Assembly: GCA_946643435.1 (NCBI GenBank)
Contig: CAMPCD010000004.1
Coordinates: forward strand, 1 to 60,533
Reading direction: 5' to 3'
Source of the DNA: an uncultured bacterium
GTDB lineage: Bacteria > Bacillota_I > Bacilli_A > RF39 > UBA660
DNA: 60,533 nt
Shown: positions 20,550 to 28,702 of the stretch, piece by piece
Layout of the letters: every line of letters begins with the position of its first letter
Numbering within the stretch: position 1 is the stretch's first letter
The notes under the pieces: generated by a model
The model's input: the letters and a program-made list of their open reading frames with translations, nothing else
What the model was told of the DNA's origin: nothing
Database searches by the model: none
Made by a program: the position numbers and the translations under genes

Positions 20550-21476
20550 GAATTCTTTAAGCATATAAACTGGATTACTTCCAGTTTTTATTTTTTTATC
20601 TAATTCTGAAAGATTAATAATAATCTCTTCTAATTCATCTATTGTATATAAACCAGCATCTTTTTTGGCATAATATAATCTACCTGTAGAATACTCTTTT
20701 GATCCTGTAGTAAGCATTTGTCTTATTTCATCTTCTGATACATTATTACGTAAACAATCTTTAACAAAATATAGTTCTCTATATTTACTAGCTAATATTC
20801 CAATTATAGCAGGTACTTCCATACCATTAGATAATAATATATCTAAGTTATCAAAACCTTTACTAAAGTTTTTGGATACTATACTACCTACAAAATCAAA
20901 TGTTACATCCGTATTTCTATAAGATGAATACTTATTTATTTCATCAATAGTTATTGTTTTTGTAATAATAGATATCTTATTAACTTCATTAATAAATAAG
21001 TCTATATTACCTTCTACTCTATTAAGAAATTCAGTAATTACTTTATCATCCATCTTTATATTATTATTTTTAAGATATGAATTAATATGTTCTTTTAATT
21101 CAGCTTCTTTTAAATTATCTAAATTATGAATAGTAGCTCCTAAAGATATTACTTTTTTAGTTATATCTTTATCTTTAGCTAATTCATTACAAATGAATAT
21201 AACAATTATATTATCATCTAAGTTTGATAAGAAATTATATAATAGTTCACATTCTTCTTCATATAAGAATCTACCACCAAAATATTTAGTATTACTTATT
21301 ATGACTGCTTTCTTATCATTAAATAATCCATAGTAAGAGGCATCATTAATAACATCATTAAGTTCAACTATATCTAAATCAAACTTATTAATGTCAGTAT
21401 AACCTTCAGTTAATTCATTAATTAAATTATCAGCTAAGTTAAAAGAATTAGATTTAATTAAATGAATATTTTTCAT
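20535..21476 (-). CDS. holA: DNA polymerase III delta subunit
   Basis: 313 aa with general delta-subunit (YqeN-like) organisation. Motif-level support only. Confidence 0.55.
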   Translation of the reverse strand: MKNIHLIKSNSFNLADNLINELTEGYTDINKFDLDIVELNDVINDASYYGLFNDKKAVIISNTKYFGGRFLYEEECELLYNFLSNLDDNIIVIFICNELAKDKDITKKVISLGATIHNLDNLKEAELKEHINSYLKNNNIKMDDKVITEFLNRVEGNIDLFINEVNKISIITKTITIDEINKYSSYRNTDVTFDFVGSIVSKNFSKGFDNLDILLSNGMEVPAIIGILASKYRELYFVKDCLRNNVSEDEIRQMLTTGSKEYSTGRLYYAKKDAGLYTIDELEEIIINLSELDKKIKTGSNPVYMLKEFLLSI

Positions 21477-21480
21477 ATTA

Positions 21481-21975
21481 TCACTTCCTTGTAATGTTAC
21501 AAGTATAACCTTCTTCAGTTAGTTTATCATTTATTTGATTAATCTTAGTTGTTGATGTAAAACCTTTACTAGCAAAGTATTGATTAAAAATTGAAGGATA
21601 AACAGATACTCCTATATAAGTTTTAATTAATACTGAATCTTCACTCTCATTAATCTCATATTTAAAATTATCATCAATATGTTCTTTAACAGATTCATAT
21701 TGATTTTTAAATTGACTTATATTTTCATTTATTTCTTGTTCAGTCATATCATGTAATGATTCTTCTCTATAGAATCCATATAAATCATCATTGATATCAT
21801 ATCTAAACTTTAATATTTCATGATATTTATCAGTTAAATCTTTATTACAAACTAACCAAGAATATGTATATGTTGAATTACTGATTAGAATAGATACTAT
21901 AGCTATAAATACAGCAACTACAACAATAATAATACTTAAATCTATTTTCTTCTTTAATTGTTTCTTTTTATTCAT
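21481..21975 (-). CDS. Hypothetical single-pass membrane protein
   Basis: Start moved to the ATG at 21975 (GGTGA SD). Lys-rich N-terminus, one TM segment, extracytoplasmic domain. Confidence 0.5.
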   Translation of the reverse strand: MNKKKQLKKKIDLSIIIVVVAVFIAIVSILISNSTYTYSWLVCNKDLTDKYHEILKFRYDINDDLYGFYREESLHDMTEQEINENISQFKNQYESVKEHIDDNFKYEINESEDSVLIKTYIGVSVYPSIFNQYFASKGFTSTTKINQINDKLTEEGYTCNITRK

Positions 21976-22360
21976 TCTTATCACCATAATTCCAAATACC
22001 TAGTTTACCAGGTACATCAATATATTTATCATACATTTTAATATTAGATAACACCCATGCATATAAACCTACTCTTGAATGTCTTCCATATATCTTATTA
22101 TCTATATTATATAATTTATTATTAAAGTCTTCGTCAATTAATATACAATCAATTAACTCACATTCACCTATTATTTGTTTAGTAGGATAACTATTTATAT
22201 TCAAGTAAGAAAAATAATCCATATCATTCTTATCTATATTAGATGATGCATGAATTAATAGTTTACCACGGTAGTTAGTTTTCCATGTTCTAAACTCATA
22301 TTTCTTATACCCATTTACTATCATAGAAGCATACGGTTGTTTAATTGTTAGAGCTTTCAT
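21968..22360 (-). CDS. ASCH (PUA-like) domain protein
   Basis: MKALTIKQPYASMIVNGYKKYEFRTW is a typical ASCH N-terminus. Start at 22360 behind GGTGGT SD. Confidence 0.65.
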   Translation of the reverse strand: MKALTIKQPYASMIVNGYKKYEFRTWKTNYRGKLLIHASSNIDKNDMDYFSYLNINSYPTKQIIGECELIDCILIDEDFNNKLYNIDNKIYGRHSRVGLYAWVLSNIKMYDKYIDVPGKLGIWNYGDKNE

Positions 22361-22393
22361 GTATACCACCAACAATATTTTATCATATTATAC

Positions 22394-22422
22394 TTGCAAA
22401 ATATATTAATATTTGTTATTAT
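22394..22422 (+). promoter_or_regulatory. Sigma-A type promoter of tRNA-His
   Basis: TTGCAA, 17 nt, TATTAT with upstream TG. The leader is almost identical to that of tRNA-Met. Confidence 0.55.
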
Positions 22423-22435
22423 TTAATACGTACAT

Positions 22436-22512
22436 GGCGGTGTTGGTGAAGTGGTTAACACGCCGGATTGTGGCTCCGGTATGCAAGGGTTCGATCCCCT
22501 TATACCGCCCCA
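22436..22512 (+). tRNA. tRNA-His (anticodon GTG)
   Basis: Extra 5-prime G(-1) pairs with C73. Anticodon loop TTGTGGC, T-loop TTCGATC, encoded CCA. Confidence 0.9.
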
Positions 22513-22525
22513 TGTATGATTATTA

Positions 22526-22554
22526 AGTCAAGTTTATACTTGGCTTTTTATTTT
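22526..22554 (+). terminator. Terminator after tRNA-His
   Basis: AGTCAAGT-TTAT-ACTTGGCT hairpin followed by a T-run. Confidence 0.6.
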
Positions 22555-22588
22555 ATAAAAAAATAAAAGTAGATTAATATCTACTTTT
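22555..22588 (-). terminator. Terminator of the two-gene orphan operon
   Basis: AAAAGTAGAT-TAAT-ATCTACTTTT hairpin directly after the stop at 22589-22591, with a T-run on the minus strand. Confidence 0.65.
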
Positions 22589-23497
22589 TTAATGTCTATT
22601 TTTACCATCAATTTTTTTACCTTTAAAGTAATCTTGTAAAACTGTATGAAGATAGAAATTAACGTTATCTGAACTGTCATCAAATCTAAATGTTGCACAT
22701 TCAGAAGAACTATTCATTAATCGAAGCGCTTCTAAAAAACGATCCATAGCTACAGCTAATCTTTCAGCTACTGCATCTACTATTTTATCATCATGCTTAA
22801 TTCCATAATCAATAGTTTCTACAGAATCTTTAATTAATTTATTTAGTTTTTTTTGTACCTTTTTATTAAGTTTAGTAAAATCTTTTCCATTAGTATAATA
22901 TGGTATACTTCTTCTAATTGCATCTTCAGCTATTTCTGCATCTTTATTATATTTTTCAATAATCTTTTTTATAGATTCCTTATAGTCTTGATTAGGTACA
23001 ATGGTATACATTAAATGATGTTTTACATATGGAACTGGAAGCATTGTAGGTAATGCTACATAAAAGTCATCATTATATTTATGCAATAATACTTCTCCAT
23101 AATGCATATAATCAATAAAATCATTACCAACTCTTAATCTTATAGATGTTATTGGAGTGAATTCATAACATAATCCATCCTCTTCTTCTACTGGATCTTG
23201 ATAATCGAATACTACTGAATTACCATTTTCATATGATACAGTTATTTTTGGTAAACAATCACCATCACAGATACTCTTTTTTACTGTACCATAGGATTCA
23301 TGTATAGTTTCTTCTAATATTGGTTTTCCATCGTCTGTTTTATTAATAGTTCTTTCAAATATTTTTTTATTATATCTTAATAATTCAATATCATCATCAC
23401 GTTTTATTAATTTCAATTCATTATATTCATATATACCATCTGGTAACATAGATAAATATAAACAAGACATTGAATCTAATACTATAGTTCCCATCAT
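22589..23497 (-). CDS. Hypothetical cytoplasmic protein (302 aa), orphan
   Basis: ATG at 23497 lies 6 nt after AGGTGA; the track's GTG start sits inside the SD. No TM segment or signal peptide. No recognisable motif. Confidence 0.7.
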   Translation of the reverse strand: MMGTIVLDSMSCLYLSMLPDGIYEYNELKLIKRDDDIELLRYNKKIFERTINKTDDGKPILEETIHESYGTVKKSICDGDCLPKITVSYENGNSVVFDYQDPVEEEDGLCYEFTPITSIRLRVGNDFIDYMHYGEVLLHKYNDDFYVALPTMLPVPYVKHHLMYTIVPNQDYKESIKKIIEKYNKDAEIAEDAIRRSIPYYTNGKDFTKLNKKVQKKLNKLIKDSVETIDYGIKHDDKIVDAVAERLAVAMDRFLEALRLMNSSSECATFRFDDSSDNVNFYLHTVLQDYFKGKKIDGKNRH

Positions 23498-23509
23498 ATT
23501 TATCACCTA

Positions 23510-24433
23510 CTATGATTCATAGTCATCAAGTAGATCTTTAACTCTACCTTTTCTTACTTTTGATACACCTTGGTTATTACCTAATAAATCATCAATAGTC
23601 ATTTGATGATATTGTTGATTAGCTAATTCCATTTGTCTTAGTTCTTCTTCTTTTTGCATTTGTTTAACTTGTGCATCTATTTTCTTTAATTCTTTTCTTA
23701 TTGTTGCTTCACTCTTTAATACATATGCTCTAATGTTTGCATCAATTACTTCTTCAGGCATATGCTTTTGGTTACTAATATCTTTACTACAATCATCTAA
23801 TTTTGATCTAATTGAACCAGATTGTCTAAGAACAACTTGAAGATACATAGTAGTTAAATTTCTAAGATAATGATAACTAGATAATAAACTTCTAAATATT
23901 CTTTGATGTCTATCAAAGTATTGACTACCCGAATATATTTCACCATCATTATGCATTACCCATAATAAATTTATTAAAGGTTGAGGTAATAAGCCATCAG
24001 TATTATAGAATATTTCTTTTTCTATATCACTTAATCTATAAATATTATCTAATAAGTATTTAATATAATTATCTAATTTATAACAATTAGATAAGGTTTT
24101 GCCTTCAAAGTTATTTATTCTTTCAGTTCTTTCTTCAGCAAAAACATGAAATCTATCTAATAATTCTTTTGATGCATCATTATCAATATTTAAACAATAA
24201 CGATTCAAGCTCTTTTTATATCTGGCATTAGTATCTAATATACGATATGCTCCATCAAGATTATATTCAGGGTTATATTCTCTTATTATTTCATCAAAGT
24301 TTTTTCCTAATTCTAGACAAGCTAAATCAAGCATTGATATATCATCGAATGCTCTTTTAACTCCTTCTTTTGTTGGAACATTTAATGCAACAGGATTGTT
24401 TTTATCTTCATTGACTAAAAATACTCCACTCAT
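23510..24433 (-). CDS. Hypothetical cytoplasmic protein (307 aa) with C-terminal coiled-coil-like tail, orphan
   Basis: SD AAAGGGG. Stop lies 12 nt before the next start. C-terminal KELKKIDAQVKQMQKEEELRQMELANQQ. No recognisable motif. Confidence 0.7.
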   Translation of the reverse strand: MSGVFLVNEDKNNPVALNVPTKEGVKRAFDDISMLDLACLELGKNFDEIIREYNPEYNLDGAYRILDTNARYKKSLNRYCLNIDNDASKELLDRFHVFAEERTERINNFEGKTLSNCYKLDNYIKYLLDNIYRLSDIEKEIFYNTDGLLPQPLINLLWVMHNDGEIYSGSQYFDRHQRIFRSLLSSYHYLRNLTTMYLQVVLRQSGSIRSKLDDCSKDISNQKHMPEEVIDANIRAYVLKSEATIRKELKKIDAQVKQMQKEEELRQMELANQQYHQMTIDDLLGNNQGVSKVRKGRVKDLLDDYES

Positions 24434-24459
24434 ACTTATAACCCCTTTAATTGCGTATT

Positions 24460-24488
24460 ATTATAGCAAAATCACCTTTTTTATGCAA
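24460..24488 (-). promoter_or_regulatory. Sigma-A type promoter of the two-gene orphan operon
   Basis: Minus strand: TTGCAT (24488-24483), 17 nt, TATAAT (24465-24460). Confidence 0.55.
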
Positions 24489-24490
24489 AT

Positions 24491-24511
24491 TAAAAGAAGG
24501 CATTGCCTTCT
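24491..24511 (-). terminator. Terminator of the hydrolase gene
   Basis: AGAAGGC-ATT-GCCTTCT hairpin overlaps the stop codon, with a T-rich tail. Confidence 0.5.
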
Positions 24512-25439
24512 ATTTATATGTATTAAAGAAATATTCTAATTTATTATGATATTTAATAGGATCTTTAAATATACTTTCTGCATGGTCTGCACCACTTATC
24601 CAACATACTTCTTTTGGTGATTTAGTAGCTGTATAATTTATTCTTGTATTCTCAGGAATAACGAATTTATCAGCATCACCATGAATAAATAGTATTGGTA
24701 TTTCATTATCCTTTAAAGCTGCAACTACATTTGTATCATCAGGATTAAATCCAGCAAATAATTTACAATACATTTTAACGATATTTACGAATGGGAACGC
24801 AGGTAAATGATACCATTCTTTACATAAATATTTTATTTCATATTCCATAGAAGTATATCCACAGTCAGCTATAACACCTTTTACTTGGAAAGGTAACTTA
24901 TCTTTTAAAGATAATAAACATGTAGATGAGCCCATTGATATACCATATAGATAAACAGGATTTTTAACATCTACTTTAGTAAGTATATAATTTATCCATA
25001 ACTTTAAGTCTTCAGATTCTTTAGCACCAAATGTAATATAATCACCTTGTGATTCTCCGTGTCCTCTTTGTTCAATTAATAATATATTAGAATGATTTCC
25101 ATGGAAATACTTAATAATTGCTGAGAAATCTGTTTCATAAGAACCACGATATCCATGTACACATATTATAGTTCTATATGCATTAGGAGCAGCTAAGAAT
25201 ATACCATGTAATTTAAGACCATCATTAGATTTAATATAAAAATCTTTATAATCTTGTTCCTTTAACCACTCAACATTAGCAGATACTACTCTATCATCAT
25301 AGCTCATATTTTTCTTTTCATATGATTTATAAATTGATTGATCTACTACCTTACATGCACTTTTATAAAACTTATATGAAATTAAAAAAACTGCAATTAT
25401 TGTTACTATTAATACTAAAAATATTATTAAAAATACCAT
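24510..25439 (-). CDS. Membrane-anchored alpha/beta hydrolase
   Basis: N-terminal TM segment. Nucleophile elbow GISMGS. HGDADKFV (Asp) and GADHAES (His) complete a Ser-Asp-His triad. Confidence 0.7.
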   Translation of the reverse strand: MVFLIIFLVLIVTIIAVFLISYKFYKSACKVVDQSIYKSYEKKNMSYDDRVVSANVEWLKEQDYKDFYIKSNDGLKLHGIFLAAPNAYRTIICVHGYRGSYETDFSAIIKYFHGNHSNILLIEQRGHGESQGDYITFGAKESEDLKLWINYILTKVDVKNPVYLYGISMGSSTCLLSLKDKLPFQVKGVIADCGYTSMEYEIKYLCKEWYHLPAFPFVNIVKMYCKLFAGFNPDDTNVVAALKDNEIPILFIHGDADKFVIPENTRINYTATKSPKEVCWISGADHAESIFKDPIKYHNKLEYFFNTYK

Positions 25440-25475
25440 ACTTATACCTTCTTCACTAGATAATTATAACACATA

Positions 25476-26726
25476 TTATTCTTCTATTTTTAAATTTTTA
25501 AACCTATTTGTCATATATTCGTCGGTATAGTATTTATCACATATCTCTTCGATTGGATTTGAAGGTGGTTCATGTTTTCTTCTTTCAGAAAATCTTATAC
25601 CTGCTTCAATACTAATTAGTATATCAAATATTAATAATATAACTACAATTGTAACAACTGTCTTACCAATCTTTTCCGGTATTTTCTCAATCATTTTATC
25701 TAACCATCCACATATAAATTTAATATATATCAAGGAAGCAAATCCCCAGATAAATGCAAAGTTCAATTGAACTCTACCATTTATATTGAATGGTAAATGT
25801 TTATATGACCAGAAGGAATAACCATAAAAGTATTCACAAAATGATCCACATAAATATTCAAATGATGTACCTAAGATAAAACCATATACAAATATGAATA
25901 TAGGATTCTTTTTCTTATGCATATATAAGAATGTAGTAAATATAGCTAAAGCTATACCCCATACTAAAGATATTTCACCATATAGTAATGAACTTCTACT
26001 CATCCATCTATGCATAGTAAATCTACAGAATACCATTTCACATAGACAACCAATTACTCCACCTATAACTAGATAGATTAAGAACTTATAAATGTTAAAT
26101 GTATCTTTACTAAAAGTCTTTTTATTCTTATTAATAATTGGATAAGCATCAATTACTCTATTATATATTTCATTAGATAATCCTTTTTTACTTTTACTAT
26201 CTATTATTTTAGTATTCTTATCTTTTGTTAAAGATAAATAAGAAATAATAAAATCTACAACCATACCCATTAGAATAGATATGATTACAATCTTTAATAT
26301 TTTATAATCTATCATATAAAACAATTTAACTAATAAAGGATTTAAATATAAGTAAGTAATAGAACCTAATAATCCCCATAAGATTGATGTAGGTAAAGAA
26401 ATATATCCATCAAGATTAAGTTTAAATCTTGAATAATCCCACCATTTACTATGGTTAAATGCTTCTAGCACTTTACCAGCAGATAACTCCAAGAATGAAG
26501 CATATATCATAGAGCCTAAAAATACATATAAGAAATTATTTGTATCAAAGAAAGCAATATTGATTAATACAGCACCTAATCCATAAACAATAACAAATGG
26601 CAAATTAAGCATACCTCTATTAATTAGCTTCTTTGTTTTAATAGCCATTCTAGTAGATTCAATAACCCAACCTAAGAAAGAATATATAATAAATATAAAA
26701 GATAAAAACACTATTTTATGTTCCAT
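25476..26726 (-). CDS. Polytopic membrane protein, possibly duplicated DUF1113 (putative ABC-transporter type IV) family
   Basis: Start at 26726 behind AGGAGA. About 10 TM segments in two similar halves. FLGWVIE-type motif near the N-terminus. Confidence 0.4.
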   Translation of the reverse strand: MEHKIVFLSFIFIIYSFLGWVIESTRMAIKTKKLINRGMLNLPFVIVYGLGAVLINIAFFDTNNFLYVFLGSMIYASFLELSAGKVLEAFNHSKWWDYSRFKLNLDGYISLPTSILWGLLGSITYLYLNPLLVKLFYMIDYKILKIVIISILMGMVVDFIISYLSLTKDKNTKIIDSKSKKGLSNEIYNRVIDAYPIINKNKKTFSKDTFNIYKFLIYLVIGGVIGCLCEMVFCRFTMHRWMSRSSLLYGEISLVWGIALAIFTTFLYMHKKKNPIFIFVYGFILGTSFEYLCGSFCEYFYGYSFWSYKHLPFNINGRVQLNFAFIWGFASLIYIKFICGWLDKMIEKIPEKIGKTVVTIVVILLIFDILISIEAGIRFSERRKHEPPSNPIEEICDKYYTDEYMTNRFKNLKIEE

Positions 26727-26759
26727 ATAAACTTCTCCTATTATAATTATATTATACAA

Positions 26760-26791
26760 AACAATAAAAGGAAAGTAACAACTTTCCTTTT
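26760..26791 (-). terminator. Rho-independent terminator
   Basis: AAAAGGAAAGT-AACA-ACTTTCCTTTT hairpin (26766-26791). Confidence 0.6.
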
Positions 26792-26900
26792 ATCTTAAGA
26801 GATTATATCAAAAACCGACATATCTTGAAAAATTATTAGTATCAAACCAATCCCCTTCAAGACAAGTCATAATATAACACCAATTAATATGGTTGTCAAA

Positions 26901-27425
26901 TCAGGAAATACTAATGCTATTAACTAATCTTGCAAGATATACTATTTGTTTATCATTAGTACCTTTTTTACAAGTTATTAATATAAGATTATTCTTAGAA
27001 TCATCAATATTAATACTTATCTTACCTGTTTTATCTACTATTTCAGATTTATATATTTCATATTCATATTTATTACCTTGATAATAAATATATGCAAGAT
27101 CATTATTATCTAATACTTCTAATCTTTTAAAGAATGATACTTTAGTATTACCATTATGAGAAGCTAATATAACATTACCTCTTCCTGGCATAGATGATGA
27201 TGGTAATATTTTAATATTTTTATCTACATCATTATATTCACTATTAATATCATATATTTCCTTTTTTAGTTTTATTTTAGGTATTTCTAATATCATGAAA
27301 TAATTATTATTACTTACTTCTATATTAGATTCTTTATATGAATTAATATTTACTTTATTAAACAAACTAATAATTATAAGTAATATTAATATCCTAATAG
27401 ATTTTCTTAACAATAAACACTCCAA
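26901..27425 (-). CDS. Sortase (small, dedicated to the upstream adhesin)
   Basis: N-terminal TM segment. Catalytic His in LASHNG, Cys in LITCKK (TLxTC-like), Arg in YLARL. Start uncertain (TTG at 27425 or 27413). Overlaps the end of the adhesin gene. Confidence 0.8.
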   Translation of the reverse strand: MECLLLRKSIRILILLIIISLFNKVNINSYKESNIEVSNNNYFMILEIPKIKLKKEIYDINSEYNDVDKNIKILPSSSMPGRGNVILASHNGNTKVSFFKRLEVLDNNDLAYIYYQGNKYEYEIYKSEIVDKTGKISINIDDSKNNLILITCKKGTNDKQIVYLARLVNSISIS

Positions 27426-28608
27426 TTATTAATACAAATAGATAAGAATAATCATATTTATTTGTATTAGGTACATCTTCTATTATTAAATTATATGTAT
27501 TATCATCTATTTCTTCTATATCATTCAATAATGTTTCATCCATAGTTATTTCTTCATTAATAGAATTATTTATCTTTTCATCAAATAATAAGATATTGTA
27601 ATAACTATTGTCATCATCAAATGCAATTGTATAAATTGTATCATCTAACAAATATCCATCCGGTGAAACTAATTCCTGTAAATAATATGTTCCTATAGGT
27701 AAATCATTTATATAAGTGCTTTCTTTATCACTAATAGGCACTTCTTTTATAAGTTCATGATTACTATCATATATTCCATATATAGAGCCATCTAGTTTTT
27801 CATTTGTTTCTTTATCTAATTTAGACAAATATAAGTCACAGCCAAATATATTTATTTCATCATCACCTAATAATCTATCTAAGTTACCTCTTATTAATAA
27901 ATCTTGTCCATCATCGCTTTTATAAATAGCATATTTATCTAAATGATCATATCCTAAATAATACTTTAATGAATATCTACCTATTTTATCAAAATTACTT
28001 ACTTTAATACCTGTATCTGTTCTTTCAATATTAAACATATCATCATATTCTATTTTCATGCCATTAAAGTATAAAGATGGCTCAATAATAAGTTTATTAT
28101 TACTACCTAATAATACTTTTGCAGATAGTTGTTCACTCACTCCATACTTATAATTATCAATGGTATTTTCTATCTCATATATATATTTATCAATATTTAA
28201 GATACTTCCTTTACCAAATGGTTCTGTCGAAATAATTATATCTTTATCATTTAATAATTCTTTCCATATTAATACTTGAGTAGCCATATAATATTCTTCT
28301 TCATAATGATTATCAAATTGATAACCAAAGAACATTAAGTCTTCTATTCTTTCTTTATTAATTAAACTAGTTGTATCATCTGATAGATAATAATTAGTCC
28401 CCATTCTTACACCTGGTTCAATACAATAAGCTATACTTTTATTAGCATATACATACATATAGAATGTATCAGAGAAATTTCTTCCTTTATTATTTTTAAA
28501 AGTAAAATAATAATATAGTTTATTCTTTGTTATTTCACTTGCTTTAACATTGTAGAAAGAAAATGATAGTATTGTAATAATTATTAAAATAAGAATACCT
28601 TTCTTCAT
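27394..28608 (-). CDS. Surface adhesin with thioester (TED/TQxA-type) domain, CnaB-like domain and VPNTN cell-wall sorting signal
   Basis: Signal peptide. AYCIEPG (Cys62) plus ATQVLIW (Gln111) match the Cys-Gln thioester-domain signature. CnaB-like segment LSKLDKETNEKLDGSIYGIY...YYLQELVSPDGY. The C-terminus has VPNTN (27460-27474), a hydrophobic stretch and KK. Confidence 0.7.
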   Translation of the reverse strand: MKKGILILIIITILSFSFYNVKASEITKNKLYYYFTFKNNKGRNFSDTFYMYVYANKSIAYCIEPGVRMGTNYYLSDDTTSLINKERIEDLMFFGYQFDNHYEEEYYMATQVLIWKELLNDKDIIISTEPFGKGSILNIDKYIYEIENTIDNYKYGVSEQLSAKVLLGSNNKLIIEPSLYFNGMKIEYDDMFNIERTDTGIKVSNFDKIGRYSLKYYLGYDHLDKYAIYKSDDGQDLLIRGNLDRLLGDDEINIFGCDLYLSKLDKETNEKLDGSIYGIYDSNHELIKEVPISDKESTYINDLPIGTYYLQELVSPDGYLLDDTIYTIAFDDDNSYYNILLFDEKINNSINEEITMDETLLNDIEEIDDNTYNLIIEDVPNTNKYDYSYLFVLIIGVFIVKKIY

Positions 28609-28673
28609 TTATCATACCTCCTTTGTATTACTCCCTCTAATATATATATACAAGATTGATATGATATTTCTCG

Positions 28674-28701
28674 ACAAAAAAAGTAGATTTTCATCTACTT
28701 T
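28674..28701 (-). terminator. Terminator after the arylsulfotransferase-like gene
   Basis: AAAGTAGAT-TTTC-ATCTACTTT hairpin with a T-run on the minus strand. Confidence 0.65.
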
Positions 28702-28702
28702 C

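Noticed and set aside
22376-24509. Calling the tRNA-His-adjacent segment (and the tRNA-Met-adjacent one) a genomic island or integrated mobile element.
   Set aside because: No integrase, transposase or direct repeat of the tRNA 3-prime end is present, and no compositional break is visible by eye. Only the operon autonomy is reported, as a finding.
26808-26870. A 20-codon ORF (MTCLEGDWFDTNNFSRYVGF) inside the possible sRNA region.
   Set aside because: Its ATG abuts the -10 box and would lie upstream of the transcription start. It has no SD and is too short to support.
26901-26903. Suspicion that this very AT-rich organism uses genetic code 4 (UGA = Trp), as Mollicutes do.
   Set aside because: All conserved proteins translate full length with the standard code, Trp is encoded by TGG throughout, and TGA serves as the stop of the sortase gene.
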